The notes under the pieces are model-generated. The model had not been told where the DNA came from. It made no database searches and was given only the letters and a program-made list of their open reading frames with translations. A program made the translations under genes and the position numbers. From an uncultured Phycisphaerae bacterium (GTDB lineage: Bacteria; Planctomycetota; Phycisphaerae; SM23-33): a DNA stretch of 64,000 nt. The stretch lies in assembly GCA_963760365.1 (NCBI GenBank), contig CAVXDC010000004.1, positions 27,452 to 91,451 of the forward strand. Direction: 5' to 3'. How positions within the stretch are numbered: position 1 is the first letter of the stretch; each line of letters begins with the position of its first letter. Below, in pieces: positions 59,646 through 64,000 of this stretch.

Positions 59646-61550
59646 ATGACGCGTCCTGCCCATGCCGACTTCTGCACGCTGCGGCCGATGCGCCGCCGCA
59701 AGCTTCGCCTGATCAACCCGCGCAGTGCGCTGTCAACCATCACCCTGCCGGAAATCATCCGCCGGATGACCTTCTCCCGCCGTGCCCTGTTCATGCCGTT
59801 GAACCTGGCCATCTGCGCTGCGGTCGCCCCGGAAGGCTGGGACGCAGAAATCGTCGATGAGAACGTCTCCGACGAGCCGCATCGCCCCGACGCCTCGGGC
59901 ATCGACGCCGTGGGCCTCGGCGCCATGACGACGCAGGCCCGCCGGGCCTATGCCCTGGCCGACGCCTATCGCGCGCTGGCCGTGCCGGTCATCCTGGGCG
60001 GCATCCACCCTTCCGCCATGCCGGAGGAGGCTTTGGTGCATGGCGATATCGTCTGCAAAGGCGATGCGGAGAGCACGCTGCCTCGCGCCCTGACCGACCT
60101 TGCCGCCGGACAGGCTAAAAAAATCTACGACTGGCAGGATTATCCCGATCCGCCCATCGCCACCCCGCGCAAGGACCTGCTGGACCCTTCACAGTACCTA
60201 GTGTTCAACCCCATCCAGACGACCCGCGGCTGCCCCCACGGCTGCACGTTCTGCACGACGCCGTCTGTGTTCGGCAAGAAGTTCCGCCAGCGGGACATCA
60301 GGAGCATCGTGGAGGAGATCCGCCAGGCCCGCGAGGCGTTCGGCACCCGGACGTTCATCTTTTCCGACGACAACGTAGCCGGCAACCACGTCTGGGCCTT
60401 GGAGCTGTTCGAGGCCCTGCGGCCACTGAAGATCACCTGGGCCTCGCAATGCGACATCCTCATCGCCCGCAATCCCAAACTGCTGGCAGCCATGCGCGAC
60501 AGCGGCTGCATCGGCGTGATCCTCGGGTTGGAAAGCCCCAAACCCGCCACGTTGCGGCGGACCGGCAAGCAGTACGCCGATGCCAGGGACTACCTGGCAA
60601 CGATCGCTATGCTTCAATCCTACGGCATCAGCGTCTGGGGGAGCTTCATCTTCGGATTTGACGGGGAGGACTGGCGCGACTGCATGAACGCCGTTCGCTT
60701 CGCCCGGCGGGCACGGCTGTGCATGAGCTGTTATCCCATCCTGACGCCGTTCCCCGGCACGGCGGTGTTCGAGCAGTTCCAGCGGGAAGGAAGGCTCCTG
60801 ACGACCGACTGGGACAAGTACAACGGCGCGACGGTGGTGTTCCAGCCCGAGCGGATGACCCCGCAGGAACTGAGCCACGCGCAGATGGCCGCGTTTCACG
60901 AGTTTTACTCTCCCTCCTCGGCGCTGAGCCGGCTGGGCATCTGGCCTTTCAAGGTGCGAAGCTGGCTGGCGAACCTAGCGATTCACCGCGGGTTGACGTA
61001 CTACTATGCTCGTCGGGGCCGGTCGCTGCCGCGTTTCAGCGACTTCCTGGCCGCTGACCGCCAGGCGCGCATCACGCGCAGCCTGGGCTTGCGCTCGGGC
61101 TTGCGCCAAAAGCATCCCCGACCACAGGAGAAGGCCATGAGTCCCATCCGGATTGAGTCGAGCGAACCGGCGAAGGTGGACCTGAAATACATGATTATCG
61201 TCATCGCGCTGCTGGTCCTGATCCTCACGGTGCTGACCCAGTTATGGCTGATTGAACGGAACCGGCGCATCGCCGCCGAGGGCCGGCTGGCGGAGTTGTA
61301 TCTGAAGGAGGACCTGCTTGTCGCCGCTAAGAGCCTCGAGGCCAAGGGACAGGCGACTATGGGGCCGCTTCGTCCGGTCCGCCGCCAGGAACTTCCTCTC
61401 CAGTCGGTCAATTGGAACGGTCAAAAGAGGTTTGCGCTGTTGCTGAGCGCCGCCACGGGAAAGGCCATGGGATTTGCTCCGGGCGACATCCTCGTCATCG
61501 CCCCGGAGATTTCCCCTCTGACGACGCGCGACGCACCCCCAAGGCCCTAA
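59646..61550 (+). CDS. B12-binding radical SAM protein with in-frame C-terminal transmembrane extension
   Basis: It has a cobalamin-binding-like N-domain (AVGLGAMTTQ...VILGGIHPS) and a radical SAM core TTRGCPHGCTFC. From 61137 an SD-preceded in-frame ATG opens a 137-aa segment with one TM (MIIVIALLVLILTVLTQLWLI). A likely N-terminal start is MRRRKLRLINP at 59688. Confidence 0.8.
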   Translation: MTRPAHADFCTLRPMRRRKLRLINPRSALSTITLPEIIRRMTFSRRALFMPLNLAICAAVAPEGWDAEIVDENVSDEPHRPDASGIDAVGLGAMTTQARRAYALADAYRALAVPVILGGIHPSAMPEEALVHGDIVCKGDAESTLPRALTDLAAGQAKKIYDWQDYPDPPIATPRKDLLDPSQYLVFNPIQTTRGCPHGCTFCTTPSVFGKKFRQRDIRSIVEEIRQAREAFGTRTFIFSDDNVAGNHVWALELFEALRPLKITWASQCDILIARNPKLLAAMRDSGCIGVILGLESPKPATLRRTGKQYADARDYLATIAMLQSYGISVWGSFIFGFDGEDWRDCMNAVRFARRARLCMSCYPILTPFPGTAVFEQFQREGRLLTTDWDKYNGATVVFQPERMTPQELSHAQMAAFHEFYSPSSALSRLGIWPFKVRSWLANLAIHRGLTYYYARRGRSLPRFSDFLAADRQARITRSLGLRSGLRQKHPRPQEKAMSPIRIESSEPAKVDLKYMIIVIALLVLILTVLTQLWLIERNRRIAAEGRLAELYLKEDLLVAAKSLEAKGQATMGPLRPVRRQELPLQSVNWNGQKRFALLLSAATGKAMGFAPGDILVIAPEISPLTTRDAPPRP

Positions 61551-61619
61551 GGCAGCGGATTCGCCCGGTGGAGCCGGCGGAAGGATGGTGAAACTTTCCC
61601 AGGGCGATATACTAGCGGC

Positions 61620-62610
61620 ATGAAGCTCCTGGGCAGGATTACCAAGCGGCACGTGATGGCGGTTTTGATCGCCGTCTCGGTCGTGACTATTGCCTTGGGA
61701 AAACCTGCCGCCTGGAGGCTCCGAAACCTTCTCCAGCCGATCCTCTCTCCCCTGGGCGACGCGGGGATGTACCTGACCGTGGCCATGCGAAAGAACATCA
61801 CCGCCGCCGCCGACAGGGGGCTTTCGTTGCAGGAGCAGGAGCGGCTTCGCCATGAATTCGATGTCCTGCGCGGCTACGCGGCCTATTGGAAATGGGAGTC
61901 GGAAAAGCGTCTGGAGCAGTTGGAGACACTGCGGCGGTTCCAGCAGAGCTATGGGCCGGTGAAGGACCTGCCCTGTGAGTTAATTCCGGCCAGGGTGGTA
62001 GGGGAGGTTTCCCTGCCCTATGAGCAAGGCCGATCACTCAACGTCGGCAAAGACGCCGGCGCCGAGCCCGGCGAACTGGTGCTGTTCGACGGATCGTTCG
62101 AAGGCCTTGCCTTCGGGCTTGGCGGTCGTGGCGGCCTCGGCGCTGGCCGGGCGCGTGACGGGGGCAGGGGCGTTCTCGGCCCAGATGCAGTTGGTGACGG
62201 ATCGCCGGTTCAAGACGGCCGGGCGGATCCGCCGCATTCCCGACCCTGACCATCCGCGCGAAATTCGCCTGACCGGCGACGGCAACGCCCGCGTCGAGAT
62301 CCTCAACGAGAAGAACAACCGCCCTATCGACGTCCAAGCCACGGGCGATGGAGCGGGCGGTCTAACCGTCGCTGACGTGTGGCGCTACGACAACGTCCAG
62401 GTGGAGGACTTGCTGGTGACCGCCGAGGACAAATTCCTGCCCCTGGAGGTGCGCATCGGCGGCGTGCAGCAGGTCAAGCCGGATCCCATGCACCCGGAGC
62501 GCGTGATCCTGTCGGTGCGTCCCGAGGCCGACCTGGGGGTGCTTCGCGACGTGTTCATCGTGAACAGTCTCACCGGGCACGTCGACCGGCCTGCCGCCAG
62601 GAAAAAGTAA
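61620..62610 (+). CDS. mreC: rod shape-determining protein MreC, one apparent frameshift near 62090
   Basis: The N-terminal anchor and coiled coil are in ORF 61620-62249. The beta-barrel domains (GRVTGAGAFSAQMQLVTD..., LLVTAEDKFLPLEVRIGGV) are in ORF 62020-62610. Confidence 0.75.
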
Positions 62611-62611
62611 G

Positions 62612-63169
62612 ATGCGATGGGTTCCCTTCCTCATCCTGGTGTACCTGGTCCTGCTGGCGCAGACGACCGTGGGCAAGGTGCTGACGTTTCAGGAGACCAC
62701 CTTGGGTACCATCGGCCCGGACCTGGCCGCGATCGTGGTCGTGTTCCTGGCCTTGCGGTTGCGTGAGGGGGTGGAGCTGGCCTTGGCCAGTTGGGTGCTC
62801 GGTCTGGCGGTGGACCTGACCACCGCCGGCCCCGTCGTGGGACCGATGCCCCTGGCCTACGTGGCAGCGAGCCTGGCCGTGCTCAAGATGCGCGAGGCGT
62901 TCTTTCGAGAGCGGGTTGCAACGCAGATGTTCCTGGCGATGGTGTTCTGCCTGCTGGCCCATGGGATCTGGGTGACCGTGGAATCCATCCTGACGCCGGC
63001 GGTCAGCCGATCTTGGGGGGGATACTTTCAGATGGTGAAGCAGGCCTTGGCCTTGGCCATCTACACGGCGGTGTTGATGCCTTTGGGGCACTGGGTCTTG
63101 GGCAAGTTGGACCGGTTCATCATCGCTTCCCCCGGCCAGCGCACCCGCGGCGTCCGGGAGACAAGATAG
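62612..63169 (+). CDS. mreD: rod shape-determining protein MreD-like membrane protein
   Basis: A polytopic 185-aa protein starting 1 nt after mreC. The assignment rests on position and hydrophobic profile. Confidence 0.6.
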   Translation: MRWVPFLILVYLVLLAQTTVGKVLTFQETTLGTIGPDLAAIVVVFLALRLREGVELALASWVLGLAVDLTTAGPVVGPMPLAYVAASLAVLKMREAFFRERVATQMFLAMVFCLLAHGIWVTVESILTPAVSRSWGGYFQMVKQALALAIYTAVLMPLGHWVLGKLDRFIIASPGQRTRGVRETR

Positions 63170-63214
63170 CAGCCGGCAGAATCGTCGTCGGGCGGGGTCG
63201 TGAGTTTCTGAGGC

Positions 63215-64000
63215 ATGTATAAGCGGCGCGTCAAGATGCTCCTGGCCCTGGTGGGGCTGATCTTCCTGGTGATCGTAGCCAGACTGTCTCAACTGCAATT
63301 GTTTTCCGGCGAAAAATTCCGCCAGGAGATCGCCCGGCGGACGTGGCAGGATGAAATCCTCCCCGCCAGCCGCGGGCACATCCTGGACCGGCAGGGCGCC
63401 ATCCTGGCCGTGGACGAACCTTGCTTTGACCTCTGTCTGGACTACCGATTGCTTTTTTCCTGGACCGACGGATCCGGCGACGACCCGGCCAGGAAATCGT
63501 TCCGCAAGAAAGTCGCCTGGTGGGAAGGCCAGCAGCGTCAGCACCTCCTGGCCGGGATGAGCCTGACCGAGGCCCGCTACAGCAAGGAGCAGTTGCGCGA
63601 TCTGGGGACGGAGATGCTCCACCAGCGCGTCGCCAACACCTGGCGGGTCGTGCGTGACCTGGCCGGGTCGGACGCGGTGCTGACGGAGACGTGCCGGGCC
63701 ATCGTCGCGCGGGTCGAGCATCTGCGTGACCTGAGCCGGCACAAGAATCCCCGAGAACAGTTCCTGGCCCACCCGGTCGTCCGCGGGTTGGACGAGGCCA
63801 CGGCCGTGGCTGTCAAGTTGCAACTGGACGATCTGGTGGGCGTCACCGTCCAGCCTAGCTTCAAGCGGCGCTACCCCTACGGGAGGCTGGCCTGCCACGT
63901 CATCGGCTTTACCGGCCAGGTCAGCCCCGAGGAGCAGGAGCAACGAGCCCAGGCCAACGACGGCGGCGATCCTTACCGGGACGGCGACATCATCGGCAAG
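63215..64000 (+). CDS. mrdA: penicillin-binding protein 2 (elongasome transpeptidase), N-terminal part (3' end outside window)
   Basis: The frame is open from ATG 63215 to the window end. MYKRRVKMLLALVGLIFLVIVARLSQLQLF...ILPASRGHILDRQGAILA...HVIGFTGQV matches the PBP2 dimerisation domain. It is not in the ORF track because it has no stop. Confidence 0.8.
   Translation, partial: MYKRRVKMLLALVGLIFLVIVARLSQLQLFSGEKFRQEIARRTWQDEILPASRGHILDRQGAILAVDEPCFDLCLDYRLLFSWTDGSGDDPARKSFRKKVAWWEGQQRQHLLAGMSLTEARYSKEQLRDLGTEMLHQRVANTWRVVRDLAGSDAVLTETCRAIVARVEHLRDLSRHKNPREQFLAHPVVRGLDEATAVAVKLQLDDLVGVTVQPSFKRRYPYGRLACHVIGFTGQVSPEEQEQRAQANDGGDPYRDGDIIGK

Overview
This is a 64-kb high-G+C bacterial chromosomal segment that is densely coded on both strands. 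Gene content is compatible with a Planctomycetota/PVC-like organism: TrpB2, PEGA/HEAT/discoidin lipoproteins, Arg-rich repeat proteins, secreted GH10, and mreBCD plus flagellar genes. Taxonomy cannot be established from the sequence alone.

Gene order, left to right:
- aspS (3' part), then a GH31-GH10 xylan/xyloglucan operon and a PflX-like radical SAM gene.
- A clearly lower-G+C single-gene island: a 793-aa orphan protein with a zinc ribbon and a PD-(D/E)xK-like motif. It abuts the 3' end of tRNA-Thr(CGU).
- Small acidic and Arg-rich proteins, rpmE-prfA, PhzF, MBL and ICMT genes.
- A macA-macB-tolC efflux operon and a TetR/MFS pair with a perfect 20-bp operator palindrome.
- An acid-sugar cluster (Fe-ADH, DapA-like, PdxA-family, DUF1537 kinase).
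- tRNA-Leu(UAA), flanked by partial copies of itself.
- Dienelactone hydrolase, a URO-D-like gene and trpB2.
- A compact, translationally coupled flagellar type III export cluster: merR-like, fliF::fliG fusion, fliH, fliI, fliJ, fliN, fliO, fliP, fliQ, fliR, a truncated flhB, flhA, flhF, flhG, fliA.
- dapF, a cupin, an oxidoreductase, lnt, and a HEAT lipoprotein.
- mreB, separated by a 4.3-kb insert from mreC-mreD-mrdA.

No rRNA, CRISPR array, transposase or integrase was seen.

At least 23 apparent 1-nt frameshifts interrupt otherwise complete, recognisable genes. They are unevenly distributed: 5 in fliI, 4 in mreB, 3 in the Fe-ADH, and none in several 1.5-2.4-kb genes. Every site I mapped to the nucleotide sits in a short homopolymer run, so I treat them provisionally as consensus indel errors and annotate whole genes.

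The items most worth follow-up are the tRNA-Thr-associated island gene, the FliF-FliG fusion that lacks the FliG N-domain, and the FlhB that stops just before its NPTH autocleavage site.
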